DNA of 64,000 nt from Gammaproteobacteria bacterium (GCA_050183625.1 JBFXBD010000008.1:2521-66520), one strand, 5' to 3'; positions 1 through 9,980 are shown, numbered from the stretch's first letter. Program-made: numbers and translations. The notes: generated from the sequence alone by a model not told the origin.

Positions 1-1
1 G

Positions 2-274
2 CGCCGGTTGTTGCCGGCGCTGCGCGACGCGGTCGGCGCCTGCTCCACGCTCGAGGCGCTGGCCGCGTCGCAACTCGCCGTGACCGGCGACACCGTGGTG
101 CTGGTCGAAACCAGCCGTGCCTACGATCGGTTCGTCGATCTGCTGCGCACGCCCGGCCAGAGCGTCCTGGCCATCATGCCGATGGACCAGGTGATCTGGG
201 ATCTTCAGCGCCGCGCCGGCGCCGCCCCCGAAGGCGCGACCCGCCCGGGCGGGGACGCCGAAGACGCAGCCTGA
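2..274 (+). CDS. 3' end of an unidentified gene (C-terminal 90 aa; start lies upstream of the window)
   Basis: Open frame from the window edge to the stop at 272-274. GC-rich third codon positions typical of this genome. No family recognised. Confidence 0.35.
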   Translation, partial: RRLLPALRDAVGACSTLEALAASQLAVTGDTVVLVETSRAYDRFVDLLRTPGQSVLAIMPMDQVIWDLQRRAGAAPEGATRPGGDAEDAA

Positions 275-280
275 CGCGGA

Positions 281-634
281 TCAGTTCGTGCTGTCGGCAC
301 CGCCGGTGCGGGGGTGCAGCGCCGGCAGGCCCATCCAGCTCGGCAGGAATGAATACTCGTGCCGCAGCCAGTGTTCCTGGAAGTACTCCGGCCAAGCTCC
401 GGCGGCGCTATCCTGCGGGTGGGATTCCAGTACGGGATCGGTACGTTCGGCGCGCGGACAGTAGCGGCCCCCGGCTTCACCGCGGTCCGCGACCAGGCGA
501 CCGGTACCGACGTTCACCGCGGGCCGTGCGCCGTGATCGCCGCCTTCCTCGATGGTGCGCGCGGCGGCCAGTGGCGCAAGCGGGATCAACGATACACCCA
601 GCGTCGCGGCGATGATGGAGTTCCTGCTGATCAT
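281..634 (-). CDS. small hypothetical secreted protein (N-terminal signal-like MISRNSIIAATLGVSLIPLAPLAAA)
   Basis: Internal ATG of ORF 281..712 followed by a hydrophobic signal-peptide-like segment. No recognised domain. Confidence 0.3.
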   Translation of the reverse strand: MISRNSIIAATLGVSLIPLAPLAAARTIEEGGDHGARPAVNVGTGRLVADRGEAGGRYCPRAERTDPVLESHPQDSAAGAWPEYFQEHWLRHEYSFLPSWMGLPALHPRTGGADSTN

Positions 635-740
635 CCCGGCCCCCTTCCGCGCCGACATGCGGCGCCTTCCACTTCGGACCCGAACCGTACGCGCGTGTCG
701 CTGAATAGCCACTGAATACCCGCGCGTCGCGGGCCGGGGC

Positions 741-1457
741 TCAGTAGCGGCGGCGGCGCGGCGTTTCGTAGTCCGCGGGATCGAAGGGGGGCGTGCGGCC
801 GACCAGCGCCTCGAGCAGGAACAGTTCGTCGTCGGTATGGTTCTTCATCGGCGCCGGGCGAATGGCGACGCTGCCACCCTGTGCGACGACGTACCGCGGT
901 GCGTCGTGGTGCGTGGTGCTGATCTCCTCGCGCGTGCCCGGATCGGCGGCGGCGGCGATCTCCGTCTGCCCGTAGCAGGTGCAGACGTAGCTCTGGTCGG
1001 GTTCGGCTTCGACATAGACGCCGGTGCCGCGGATGCCGATCGTGGCCACCGGCGTCTGCACCACGTGCGGCCGTCTGGCGAACACCGTCAGCAGCTTGCC
1101 GGTGACCAGGCGCAACGTCTCGACCACCGCCCCGCTGCCGGCCAGCGTCAGTCCGCTTCGCGGCCGGAGCAGGAAGGCATCCTGGCCCACCGCGAATACC
1201 AGCCGCCCGTCCGGCCCGGTCTCGATGCGATCGGCGGCGGTAATTCGGCTGCCTGCCGTCGCCGGCGCGCCGTTGATGGTGACCTGGCCTTCGATCGCGT
1301 GGATCGACCGCCCGGCCGGCAGGCGGCCCGGGCGCGTCTGCGCCCGGGCTGCCGGCAGCAGCCACAGGCCCGCGGGCGCGCCCAGGGTCCCGGCGGCGAG
1401 CCAACGCAGGGCGCGGCGGCGCAGGGCCTCGAAATGTGCATCGGCATGCTTGCTCAT
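741..1457 (-). CDS. Tat-signal secreted protein with FecR-like domain
   Basis: 238-aa ORF. N-terminus has RRRALRWLAAG...LLPAARA (twin-arginine, h-region, AxA). Central Gly-rich beta region resembles the FecR fold. Confidence 0.55.
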   Translation of the reverse strand: MSKHADAHFEALRRRALRWLAAGTLGAPAGLWLLPAARAQTRPGRLPAGRSIHAIEGQVTINGAPATAGSRITAADRIETGPDGRLVFAVGQDAFLLRPRSGLTLAGSGAVVETLRLVTGKLLTVFARRPHVVQTPVATIGIRGTGVYVEAEPDQSYVCTCYGQTEIAAAADPGTREEISTTHHDAPRYVVAQGGSVAIRPAPMKNHTDDELFLLEALVGRTPPFDPADYETPRRRRY

Positions 1458-1540
1458 CTATCCGACCTCCGGCCACGGCCCATCAGGCATGTGCGTCACG
1501 CGGCTGCACTATTGAACTTTCATCATATTACGACTAATAC

Positions 1541-2440
1541 TTGACCCACAAACTGAAAAATACCGACTTGAACCTCCACCGCCTGTCCGCCGCCCTGCGC
1601 GCCGCCTGCCTGCCGGCCCTGCTATTTGCCGCCGGAGTCGCGGCCGAGCCATTCTACGAGGCGGACTTCGCGGTCGCGCGGGACGACAACATCGGCCGTG
1701 CGCAGCGCGCGGCCGACGTGTTCGACGCAGCACTGCTGGAGATCAACGGCCGCGCAGGGCACGCCATGACGACGTCCTCCGGTGCACGACTGTCCTTCGA
1801 TGCGACCGCAGGGTACACCCGCAACACTGCACGCAGCGCGTTGAGCCGTGCCGCGATCACGGGGCGCGCCGCCTGGCGCAAGCGCCTGGGCATCGACGCC
1901 GGCGCGCCCTGGCTCGAATTGAGCGCGGAGGCCGGCTATGCCGGCCACGAGGACAGCGACATCCGCGACGGCGCCAGCGGTGCCGCCACCATGGTCGTCG
2001 GCCGGCGCCTGGGCGATCGCCTGCATGCGCGCGCGGGCTATCGCTATCTATGGCGCCGGGCCGCATCCGGCGCGGCGTTTGATACCGGGGAGCATCGCCT
2101 GTTCGTCGATGCCGATGTCCGCGCCGGGCAAAGGCTCGTGCTGTACGCCACGCTCGAAGGCCGCACCGGCGACGTGGTGTCCACCGCCAGCGCCGATCGC
2201 AGCATCCTCGCGCTCGCCCGCGCGGCCGAGACCGATACCGCGCTCGGCGATCCGGGCATTCGCCGCGTCGCCTACCGGCTCGGCGGCCATGGCGCCAGCG
2301 CCGAAGTCGGGGTCAACCTGCCGATCGATCGCCGATGGGCGATCGATGCCTCCGGGCTCTACCACGCCACCTGGGCGCGCGGCGACAACCGCTACCACGG
2401 TTGGATCGCGCAGGCGAGCCTGCTGTACCGCTGGCGCTGA
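1541..2440 (+). CDS. putative outer-membrane beta-barrel protein
   Basis: 299 aa with a signal peptide (LPALLFAAGVAAEP). Alternating-residue Gly/Tyr/Arg-rich pattern throughout. C-terminal YRWR. Confidence 0.5.
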   Translation: MTHKLKNTDLNLHRLSAALRAACLPALLFAAGVAAEPFYEADFAVARDDNIGRAQRAADVFDAALLEINGRAGHAMTTSSGARLSFDATAGYTRNTARSALSRAAITGRAAWRKRLGIDAGAPWLELSAEAGYAGHEDSDIRDGASGAATMVVGRRLGDRLHARAGYRYLWRRAASGAAFDTGEHRLFVDADVRAGQRLVLYATLEGRTGDVVSTASADRSILALARAAETDTALGDPGIRRVAYRLGGHGASAEVGVNLPIDRRWAIDASGLYHATWARGDNRYHGWIAQASLLYRWR

Positions 2441-2441
2441 C

Positions 2442-4856
2442 ATGACGCCGCCGCATCGCGTCGCCGGTGGGCATCGTGCGCGCGCGGCGATTGCAACCGT
2501 CGTGCCGCCATTATTGATGTTGCTGTACCTGATGCTGGCGCCGGCCTGGCTTCAGGCGGCCGAGACCGCCTCCGCTCGCGATCTACGCGCCTGGGAGCGC
2601 ATCCTCGACCGCGGCGAGCGCGCGCTCGCCGCGGGCAGGCTCCGCGCCGATGCCGTGCGCCGGATCTGGGACGAGGTCGAGCCCGTGCGCGTGCTCGCAC
2701 GCGCCGATCAGCGTGCCTGGAAGGACGAGGTCAAGGCGCAGAAACAATTGCTGGCCGCGCTCGGAGCGGCGCCCGCGTCGGGGCAGCCGGCCGAGCCTGC
2801 CGACGTCGCCCGGCGCCGCGCGGCGTTGGACAAGGCGCTGGCCACGGCCGATGGGCGCGCCAGGAGCGCCGGGTTGATCGTCAAGCGTGCCGATGCGGTC
2901 CTGGAGCGGCTGGCGCAGGTCCGCTTCCAGCAACGTACGCGCTCGCTGCTGACACGCGGACCCTCGCCGCTCGACCTGGAAGTCTGGAACGCCGCGCGAT
3001 CGCAGTTGCAGGCGTTCGCCGCCCGCCTGCAGGTTCCCGCGGCGGTGCACACCGCGCGCCCGCCGTTGCCCGCGGTGTTGCTGCTGCTGGTGCTGCTCGC
3101 CGGGATCGCCGCCGGCGCGGCGCAGGCGATGCGCGCACTGCAGGCGCGCTACGGCCGCGATCCGACCGTGGAAGATCCGCCCTACCCGCGGCGCGTGCTG
3201 GCGGCGCTGACGGTGGCCGTCGGCCGCGGGTTGCTGCCGGCGTTCTTCGTCAGCGTGGTGCTGGCGCTGGCGTGGGTGTACCACGTCAAGGATCTGGTGG
3301 ATCCGAGGATCGGCACCCCGACCGGCATCATCACCGCGGTCGTCACCCTGCTGGTCGGCTCCGCGTTCGTGCGTGCAGCGTTCTCCCCGCTCAGCCCGCA
3401 GTGGCGCCTGCTGCCGGTATCGGCACAGGCTTCGCGAACGATGGGCCATCGCCTGTACCTGCTGGTGGTCGTGCTCGCGGCCGACATCGCCCTGCGCCAG
3501 ATGTTCGATTTCGGCACCGGGCCGGCCGAGGATCTGGCAAGCGTGTACTCCTTCTGCGCCAATACGCTCGCCTGCCTGCTGCTGCTGTCGGTGAACATCG
3601 GCTCGCTGTGGCGCCCCGAGGCACCGGGGGGCACCGTGCGCCGCCCCGGCACGCTGTGGCGGACGGTACGCGCCGCGACGATCGCAATCGCCATCCTGAC
3701 GCCGGTGGCGAACCTCGCCGGGTACGCGGGGCTGGCCGAGGCGGTGCTGCACTCGGCTTTGCGAACCGCGCTCGTGGTCTCGGTGCTGATCGCCGCGCAT
3801 GTGGCGCTGCGGGAGATCCTAGGGGAGGCACTCGCGCGCGACACCGGCACCGCAGCGGCGCTGCGACAGCGCATGGCGCTGACCGCCGACGGCGCGCGCG
3901 TGCTCGGGTTCTGGCTCTCGCTCGCCGCCGACGTGCTGCTGCTCGCGGTGGGCCTGTTCGGGCTGCTCTGGGCATTCGGCCTGGAGGCCGACGACGTCGA
4001 GCGCTGGCGTACCGGCCTGACCCAGGGCGTCGCCTTCGGCTCATATACGATCGCCCCGTTCGATCTGGCCGTGGCGCTGCTGGCCTTCATCGCCATCCAG
4101 GCACTCACGCGCGCCTCGCAGCAGGTCATCGAGCGCCGGGTGTTTCCGCAGACCCGGTTCGACATCGGCGTGCGCACCGCGATCAACGCCGGTGTGCGCT
4201 ACCTCGGCCTGACGATCGCCCTGCTGGCCGCGATTGCGATCCTGGGCATCGACCTCACCAAGCTCGCGATCATTGCCGGCGCCTTGTCGGTCGGCATCGG
4301 ATTCGGGCTGCAGAACGTCGTCAACAATTTCGTCTCCGGGCTGATCCTGCTGGTGGAGCGCCCGATCAAGATCGGCGACTGGATCGTCGTCGGCGACATC
4401 CAGGGTACGGTAAGGCGCATCAACGTGCGCGCGACGCAGATCGAGACCGCCCAGCGTGCCGACGTCATCGTCCCCAACGCCAACCTGCTGCAGGCCGCGG
4501 TGACCAACTGGACGCTGCGGGATCGGCAGGGGCGGGTCGAGGTTCAGCTCCTGGTGTCGTACGCCACGGAGATTGCGGACGCCGAGGAACTGCTGCGTGC
4601 CGCGGCGGCGGCGGAACCGCGGGTACGCGCCGACCCCGCGCCGCAGGTGCTGCTGACCCGATTCGCCGATGCCGGCATCGAGTTCGAGCTGCGTGCCTTC
4701 GTCGATGAAGTCGAGACCAAGGCGAGGGTCGAAAGCGATCTGCGCAAGGATATCCTGCGCCGCACGCGCGACGCGGGCATCGAGCTCGGCTATCCCAAGG
4801 CGGTGCAGCCGCTGCGCGGCTATGCGGCAGGCGGCGCCACGCCCATGTCACCGTAG
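2442..4856 (+). CDS. mscK: MscS-family mechanosensitive channel with long N-terminal periplasmic/TM extension (MscK/KefA-like)
   Basis: ATG at 2442, 2 nt after the upstream stop. 805 aa with multiple TM helices. C-terminal MscS core motif IKIGDWIVVGDIQGTVRRINVRATQIET. The 1938..2441 upstream extension in the ORF track is out of context (rejected). Confidence 0.85.
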   Translation: MTPPHRVAGGHRARAAIATVVPPLLMLLYLMLAPAWLQAAETASARDLRAWERILDRGERALAAGRLRADAVRRIWDEVEPVRVLARADQRAWKDEVKAQKQLLAALGAAPASGQPAEPADVARRRAALDKALATADGRARSAGLIVKRADAVLERLAQVRFQQRTRSLLTRGPSPLDLEVWNAARSQLQAFAARLQVPAAVHTARPPLPAVLLLLVLLAGIAAGAAQAMRALQARYGRDPTVEDPPYPRRVLAALTVAVGRGLLPAFFVSVVLALAWVYHVKDLVDPRIGTPTGIITAVVTLLVGSAFVRAAFSPLSPQWRLLPVSAQASRTMGHRLYLLVVVLAADIALRQMFDFGTGPAEDLASVYSFCANTLACLLLLSVNIGSLWRPEAPGGTVRRPGTLWRTVRAATIAIAILTPVANLAGYAGLAEAVLHSALRTALVVSVLIAAHVALREILGEALARDTGTAAALRQRMALTADGARVLGFWLSLAADVLLLAVGLFGLLWAFGLEADDVERWRTGLTQGVAFGSYTIAPFDLAVALLAFIAIQALTRASQQVIERRVFPQTRFDIGVRTAINAGVRYLGLTIALLAAIAILGIDLTKLAIIAGALSVGIGFGLQNVVNNFVSGLILLVERPIKIGDWIVVGDIQGTVRRINVRATQIETAQRADVIVPNANLLQAAVTNWTLRDRQGRVEVQLLVSYATEIADAEELLRAAAAAEPRVRADPAPQVLLTRFADAGIEFELRAFVDEVETKARVESDLRKDILRRTRDAGIELGYPKAVQPLRGYAAGGATPMSP

Positions 4857-5698
4857 CGGCAGGCCAGCAGGGTGAGATCGTCGCCGCGCCCGCCACGCGC
4901 GTGGCGCTGGACTTCGCCGAGCAACCGGTCGAGCAGGGTCTCCGGATCGGTGCCGCGATTCGCTTCCAGGGTCTGGACTATCCGCTGCGGACCGAACGAC
5001 CCGCCGGCACGGTCGCGGGCCTCCGGCACGCCGTCCGTGTAGGCCACCACCGTGTCGCCGGGTGCGAGGCGGCAGGTCTCGGTGACGTACGGCACGGGCT
5101 CCTCGGCGAACTGGCCGAGTGCGCAACCGCCCTCCGCGAAGCCCCGGATCGGCCCCTGCGCGGGCAGCACCAGGATGCTCGGGTGGCCGGCATGGCTCAC
5201 CGCCAGGGTCCCGTCGCGCCCGACGCGAAAGTAGGCCGCGGTCACCGCGCAGCCGGTGGGGTGCACGCAGAGCTGGGCGTTCAGCCGCGCCAGCATCTGG
5301 TGCGGGGGCAGATCCCGGCGCAGGCCGTCCAGCGCCGATTGCAGCAGCATGGTCATGAACGCCGCCGACAGGCCGTGGCCGGTGGCGTCGCCCAGCAGCA
5401 CGCCCAGTTCGCCCTCGCGGTTCAGGTGCAGGTGGTAGATGTCGCCCGAGACCTCGCGGAACGGCCAGTACCGGATCGCGGTCGAAAGGTGCGGCAGCAC
5501 CGGCGGCACCGGCAGGATCGCGCGCTGGAACTGGGCCGCCATGCGCAGGTCGTCGCGCAGTTGCTTGTTGCGCTCGATGAGCAGCTTCTCGACCCGCTGG
5601 CGCTTGGCGATCTCACGCCGGAGCATGGCATTCGCCCGCGCCAGCATGAGCGGATCGGTCTCGATCCCGTGGATGGACTGCCCGGCTGCCTGCCCCAT
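4820..5698 (-). CDS. PP2C-family (SpoIIE/RsbU-like) serine phosphatase with N-terminal coiled coil
   Basis: 292 aa. Has SGDIYHL...GDATGHG...DG and C-terminal GDDLTLL motifs typical of the SpoIIE/PP2C domain. Its 3' end overlaps the mscK end convergently by 37 nt. Confidence 0.8.
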   Translation of the reverse strand: MGQAAGQSIHGIETDPLMLARANAMLRREIAKRQRVEKLLIERNKQLRDDLRMAAQFQRAILPVPPVLPHLSTAIRYWPFREVSGDIYHLHLNREGELGVLLGDATGHGLSAAFMTMLLQSALDGLRRDLPPHQMLARLNAQLCVHPTGCAVTAAYFRVGRDGTLAVSHAGHPSILVLPAQGPIRGFAEGGCALGQFAEEPVPYVTETCRLAPGDTVVAYTDGVPEARDRAGGSFGPQRIVQTLEANRGTDPETLLDRLLGEVQRHARGGRGDDLTLLACRYGDMGVAPPAA

Positions 5699-5838
5699 GT
5701 CCCGATCCTGAGTTGTGCGTCGCCCGGCTGTTATCGGTCGCGGGCGGCGCCGGCTTCAATCCGGGGTTGATTATCCCGCCGCCCGGACCCATGTACCCCC
5801 CCAGGTATCCGTCCTTGCCAGGGGTGCAGGAACCGCCG

Positions 5839-8268
5839 ATGAACACCGAACTCGACAGGAAGCAGGACGCCGGCCCTGAAGCCGTCGCGGGTGGCGAAAC
5901 GCTCGACGCCCCGCGATCCGCCGCGACCGCCGAACGCGCATTGCCCGCCGACGCGATGATCGTCATCCCGGTGCGCAATGCGGTGCTGTTCCCGGGTGCG
6001 ATCATGCCGCTGGGGATCGGCCGCGCTTCCTCGATCGCCGCCGCCCGCGAGGCGGTCGCGCACGAGCGCCCGATCGCCGTGCTGCTGCAGCGCGATCCGG
6101 CACAGGACAACCCCGGCCCGGACGACCTGCACTGGGTGGGCACCGAGGCCCAGGTGATGCGGTTCATCGGCGGGCAGAACGGCCATCACATGATCTGCCA
6201 GGGCGAGCGGCGCGTGCGCGTGCTGCAGTTCCTGGAAGGCTGGCCGTACCTGGTTGCCCGTGTGTCGCGGGTGGAGGAGACAGCGCAGACCGGCAACGAG
6301 ATCGACGCCCGGGTGATGAGCCTGCGCGAGCGCGTGTCCGAAATCCTGCAACTCATGCCGCAGGTGCCGGCGGAATTCGCTGCCGGCCTGCAGAACGTGG
6401 AATCCGGCCGCCGGCTGGCCGACCTCGTCGCCGGCCTGCTGGACGTCACGATCGCGCAAAAGCAGGAACTGCTGGAGACCTTCGATCTGCGCGAGCGCCT
6501 GGACCGCGTCCTCGTGCACCTGGGCCAGCGCCTGGACGTGCTGCGCCTGTCCAGGCAGATCGACGACCAGACCCGCAGCTCGCTGGAAGACCAGCAGCGC
6601 AGGCACCTGCTGCGCGAGCAGATGAAGACGATCCGCAAGGAACTGGGCGAGGAGGGCGAACGCGACGAGGAACTGGAGGACCTCGAGCGCCGGATCGCCG
6701 AGGCGAAGATGCCGGCCGAGGTGGAGAAGCAGGCGCGCAAGGAACTCGCGCGGCTGCAGCGCATGCCCGACGGCGCCGGCGAGGCGTCCATGGTGCGCAC
6801 CTACCTGGAATGCCTGGTCGAGCTGCCGTGGGCGCCCGAAGACCCGCCCGCGATAGACATCGCCCGCGCGCGCGAGGTGCTGGACGCCGATCACTTCGGC
6901 CTGCAGAAGATCAAGCGCCGGATCCTGGAATACCTCGCCGTGCGCAAGCTCAATCCGAACGGCAGGAGCCCGATCCTGTGCTTCGTCGGCCCGCCGGGCG
7001 TGGGCAAGACATCGCTCGGGCAGAGCATCGCCCGCGCGACCGGCCGCAGGTTCGAGCGCCTGAGCCTGGGCGGCGTGCACGACGAGGCCGAGATCCGGGG
7101 CCATCGCCGCACCTACATCGGCTCGATGCCGGGCAACGTCATCCAGGGCGTGCGCAAGGCCGGCACCCGCAACGCCGTGTTCATGCTCGATGAGATCGAC
7201 AAGCTCGGGGCGGGCGGCTTCCACGGCGATCCGTCCTCGGCGCTGCTGGAGGTGCTGGATCCGGAGCAGAACTCGACGTTCCGGGACAACTACCTCGGGG
7301 TGCCGTTCGACCTGTCGCGGATCATGTTCATCGCCACCGCGAACGTGCTGGAGACCATCCCCGGCCCGTTGCGTGACCGCATGGAGATCGTCCAGCTCGC
7401 CGGCTACACCGAGCAGGAGAAGATCGAGATCGCGCGCCGGTACCTGCTGCGCCGGCAGCTGGAGGTCAACGGCCTGGATGCCGATCGCTGCAGCGTGGAC
7501 GACGGCACGCTGCGCGCATTGGTGCACGACTACACCCGCGAGGCCGGGGTGAGAAACCTGGAGCGCGAGCTGGGCGCGGTGCTGCGCCACGCCGCGGTGC
7601 GGATCGCCGAGGGCGAGGCCGGGCCCATCGAACTGCGCGCCGGGTCGCTGCCGGGGATCCTCGGCCCGGCGAAGTTCGAGAGCGAGATCGCCATGCACGC
7701 CGGCGTGCCGGGCGTGGCGACCGGCCTGGCGTGGACGCCGGTGGGCGGGGACATCCTGTTCATCGAGTCCACGCGCGTGCCGGGCGGCGCGCGCCTCATC
7801 CTCACCGGCCAGCTCGGCGAGGTGATGAAGGAGAGCGCGCAGGCCGCGGTGTCGCTGGTGAAGGCACGTGCCGCGGCGCTGGGCGTGGATCCGGAGTCGT
7901 TCGAGAAAAGCGACCTGCACCTGCACGTGCCGGCCGGCGCTACCCCCAAGGACGGTCCGAGCGCGGGCGTGGCGCTGTTCGTGTCGCTGGTGTCCCTGCT
8001 CACCGGCCGCGCGGTGCGGCCGGACACGGCGATGACCGGCGAGATCAGCCTGCGCGGGCTGGTGCTGCCGGTCGGCGGCATCAAGGAGAAGGTGCTGGCC
8101 GCTCAGCGCGCCGGGATCACGCGCGTGCTGCTGCCGGCGCGCAACCGCAAGGACATGGAGGACATCCCGGCCGAGATCCGCGACGCGCTCGAGTTCCACT
8201 TCATCGAACGCGTGGACGACGCGCTGCAACTGGCGCTCGCGGCGGTGGTGGAGCCGGCCGCGGCCTGA
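5839..8268 (+). CDS. lon: ATP-dependent Lon protease
   Basis: LON N-domain (IVIPVRNAVLFPG). Walker A GPPGVGKTSLGQSIA. Protease-domain catalytic Ser in PKDGPSAGVALF. ATG at 5839 preceded by AGGA. The upstream MCVARL... start is less plausible. Confidence 0.9.
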   Translation: MNTELDRKQDAGPEAVAGGETLDAPRSAATAERALPADAMIVIPVRNAVLFPGAIMPLGIGRASSIAAAREAVAHERPIAVLLQRDPAQDNPGPDDLHWVGTEAQVMRFIGGQNGHHMICQGERRVRVLQFLEGWPYLVARVSRVEETAQTGNEIDARVMSLRERVSEILQLMPQVPAEFAAGLQNVESGRRLADLVAGLLDVTIAQKQELLETFDLRERLDRVLVHLGQRLDVLRLSRQIDDQTRSSLEDQQRRHLLREQMKTIRKELGEEGERDEELEDLERRIAEAKMPAEVEKQARKELARLQRMPDGAGEASMVRTYLECLVELPWAPEDPPAIDIARAREVLDADHFGLQKIKRRILEYLAVRKLNPNGRSPILCFVGPPGVGKTSLGQSIARATGRRFERLSLGGVHDEAEIRGHRRTYIGSMPGNVIQGVRKAGTRNAVFMLDEIDKLGAGGFHGDPSSALLEVLDPEQNSTFRDNYLGVPFDLSRIMFIATANVLETIPGPLRDRMEIVQLAGYTEQEKIEIARRYLLRRQLEVNGLDADRCSVDDGTLRALVHDYTREAGVRNLERELGAVLRHAAVRIAEGEAGPIELRAGSLPGILGPAKFESEIAMHAGVPGVATGLAWTPVGGDILFIESTRVPGGARLILTGQLGEVMKESAQAAVSLVKARAAALGVDPESFEKSDLHLHVPAGATPKDGPSAGVALFVSLVSLLTGRAVRPDTAMTGEISLRGLVLPVGGIKEKVLAAQRAGITRVLLPARNRKDMEDIPAEIRDALEFHFIERVDDALQLALAAVVEPAAA

Positions 8269-8295
8269 GTGGCCGCGGCCGGGCCCTGCTCCCGG

Positions 8296-8727
8296 TCAGA
8301 ACTTGCCCTTGAGTATCAGGGTGGCCTTCTTGTCCTTGATGCTGACTTCCCCGGTGAGCTTGAGATCCTTGCCGACATCCAGCCCGGACTCCTTCTCGAC
8401 CAGGTCCCTGTACCACTTGTCCATGCCCTTCTGCCAGTCGGGCCAGTCCTTCTTCTCGTCCGGCACGTTGGTCTTGAGGATCCCCGATATCTGGTCTTCG
8501 ACCTTGCCGGTCCGTTCCAGGTAGGAGTTCTCCAGATCCTTTAGCGATTTGCGCACGTCGAACAGGCGCTTGCCATCCTGCGGCGTGGCGTCCTTCTTCT
8601 CCTCCAGGCAGTCGCGCTCATCGCGCAGCTTCTTGGTTTCCTCGACGGTCTTCTTCGCTTCCTGCGCCAGTGCCTTCACCTTCTTGGCGATCTCCTTCTT
8701 CGTCTCCTCGAGTAGCTTCTTGTCCAT
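8296..8727 (-). CDS. Lys/Glu-rich coiled-coil hypothetical protein (143 aa), compositionally atypical
   Basis: Clean ORF with ~55% GC against a ~70% background. Very high K/E content, no signal peptide. Convergent with lon. Confidence 0.5.
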   Translation of the reverse strand: MDKKLLEETKKEIAKKVKALAQEAKKTVEETKKLRDERDCLEEKKDATPQDGKRLFDVRKSLKDLENSYLERTGKVEDQISGILKTNVPDEKKDWPDWQKGMDKWYRDLVEKESGLDVGKDLKLTGEVSIKDKKATLILKGKF

Positions 8728-8849
8728 GCACGATGCTCCAGGGCGGTGGGCTCGGGGTCGATTGTCGATCCGGCCGCAGGCGCGGGGTACGACCGGCCCC
8801 GGGATCGGTGACGGATCTCACTGACTGCCGGCCCGCGCAGCCGCGGCGC

Positions 8850-9737
8850 TCAGCCGCCGAACCGCAGGCCCTGGTTCAGCGTCCAGCGGCCGTCCGGATC
8901 CCGCACCCAGCCCTGCGCCGCCGCCGTGCCGCCGTCCACCGGCAGCGTCGCGCCGGTGACGTAGGCCGACATCCGCGATGCCAGGAACACCGCGGCGTCG
9001 CCGCATTCCTCGTCCACGCCCTCGCGGCCCAGCGGGATCAGGCGGTTCATCGCGTCCTGCTCGGCAGGAGCGAGCTGCGTCCAGGTCGACGGATCCACCG
9101 GGCCGCTGCGGTTGCCGCGCATGCCGGGCGTGACGGTGTGATCCGGGGCGATGGCGTTGACGCGGATCCCGTGCGCGGAAAGCTCCAGCGCCATGCTGCG
9201 GGTGAAGCTGATCATGCCGGCCTTGCACGCGGCGTAGACCGCGAAGTACGGCGCGGCGCGCGAGCCTTCGATGCTGGTGACGTTGATGATCGATCCGCCG
9301 CGCCCGCCGCGGATCATGATCGGCGCCACGGCCGCCGTGGCGGCGAGCATGCTGACCAGGTTGATGTCGATGTGGCGGCGCCAGCTGCGCTCGCTCTGCT
9401 CGATGAACAGCCGCCCGGAGACGCCGCCGGCATTGTTCACCAGGATATCGATGCGGCCGAAGTGCGCGTCGGCCTGTGCGACCATGGCGCGCACCGCGTC
9501 GGTATCCATGACGTCCACGGTGATCGGCAGCGCGCGCCGGCCGAGATCGGCCACGCGTGCCGCGGCTTCCTGCGCCCGCTCGGGGATGATGTCGGCGATG
9601 ACGACGTCGGCGCCGGCACGCGCCAGGCTGATCGCACAGGCGCGGCCGATGCCCCCGCCACCGCCGGTGACCACGGCCACGTTGCCACTCAGATCGAACT
9701 TGTCGTACATGCGTTTCTCCTCTGCGGAAATCGTCAT
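8850..9737 (-). CDS. SDR-family oxidoreductase
   Basis: ATG at 9737 (MTISAEEKRMYDKFDLSGNVAVVTGGGGGIGRA). Rossmann TGxxxGIG, NNAG and YxxxK (YAACK) motifs. The longer upstream ORF extension is rejected. Confidence 0.85.
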   Translation of the reverse strand: MTISAEEKRMYDKFDLSGNVAVVTGGGGGIGRACAISLARAGADVVIADIIPERAQEAAARVADLGRRALPITVDVMDTDAVRAMVAQADAHFGRIDILVNNAGGVSGRLFIEQSERSWRRHIDINLVSMLAATAAVAPIMIRGGRGGSIINVTSIEGSRAAPYFAVYAACKAGMISFTRSMALELSAHGIRVNAIAPDHTVTPGMRGNRSGPVDPSTWTQLAPAEQDAMNRLIPLGREGVDEECGDAAVFLASRMSAYVTGATLPVDGGTAAAQGWVRDPDGRWTLNQGLRFGG

Positions 9738-9744
9738 GGTGCCA

Positions 9745-9975
9745 CGGAACCGCCCCCGTCGTTGCGAGCCCGCGCAGCGGGCGCGGCAACCCATGCTTCG
9801 CCAACGATGCCGAAGCGGCACGGATTGCTTCGCTGCGCTATCCATGAACCACCCCCGTCCTTGCGAGGAGCGAAGCGACGAAGCAATCCACGTGCTGCCG
9901 GTGGCATCGAGGCCGCGTGGGTCGCTTCGCTGCGCTCGCGACGACGAAGGGCCGGTTCGGCGTCGCAATGACGAG
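9745..9975. repeat. REP/MITE-like palindromic intergenic repeat, copy A (composite, ~230 bp)
   Basis: Contains the core ggattgcttcgtcgcttcgctcctcgcaatgacg / cgtcgtcgcgagcgcagcgaagcgaccc and their inverted complements. The same modules recur at ~19.9, 36.9, 41.0 and 60.6 kb. Confidence 0.8.
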
Positions 9976-9980
9976 GGGCG

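Noticed and set aside
1938-2441. 504-nt 5' extension of the mscK ORF (start at 1938)
   Set aside because: It overlaps the preceding outer-membrane gene in another frame and its translation is low-complexity (SATAPAVPPPW...). The ATG at 2442 right after the upstream stop gives a sensible MscK N-terminus.
5731-8229. 832-aa ORF antisense to lon, and similar very long antisense or alternate-frame ORFs (837..1544, 2583..3800, 3272..4708, 10050..11267, 21183..22751, 21436..24942, 24336..25718, 26730..29426, 30625..32373, 35900..38584, 38706..40343, 58911..60551, 60895..62976, etc.)
   Set aside because: They are typical stop-codon-poor shadow ORFs of a ~70% GC genome: Arg/Ala/Gly/Pro-rich low-complexity translations with no motifs. 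Each overlaps a gene with strong family signatures on the other strand or frame.
8269-8295. GGCCGCGGCC palindrome after lon as a terminator
   Set aside because: The 10-bp self-complementary sequence has no loop and no U-tract, too weak to call.
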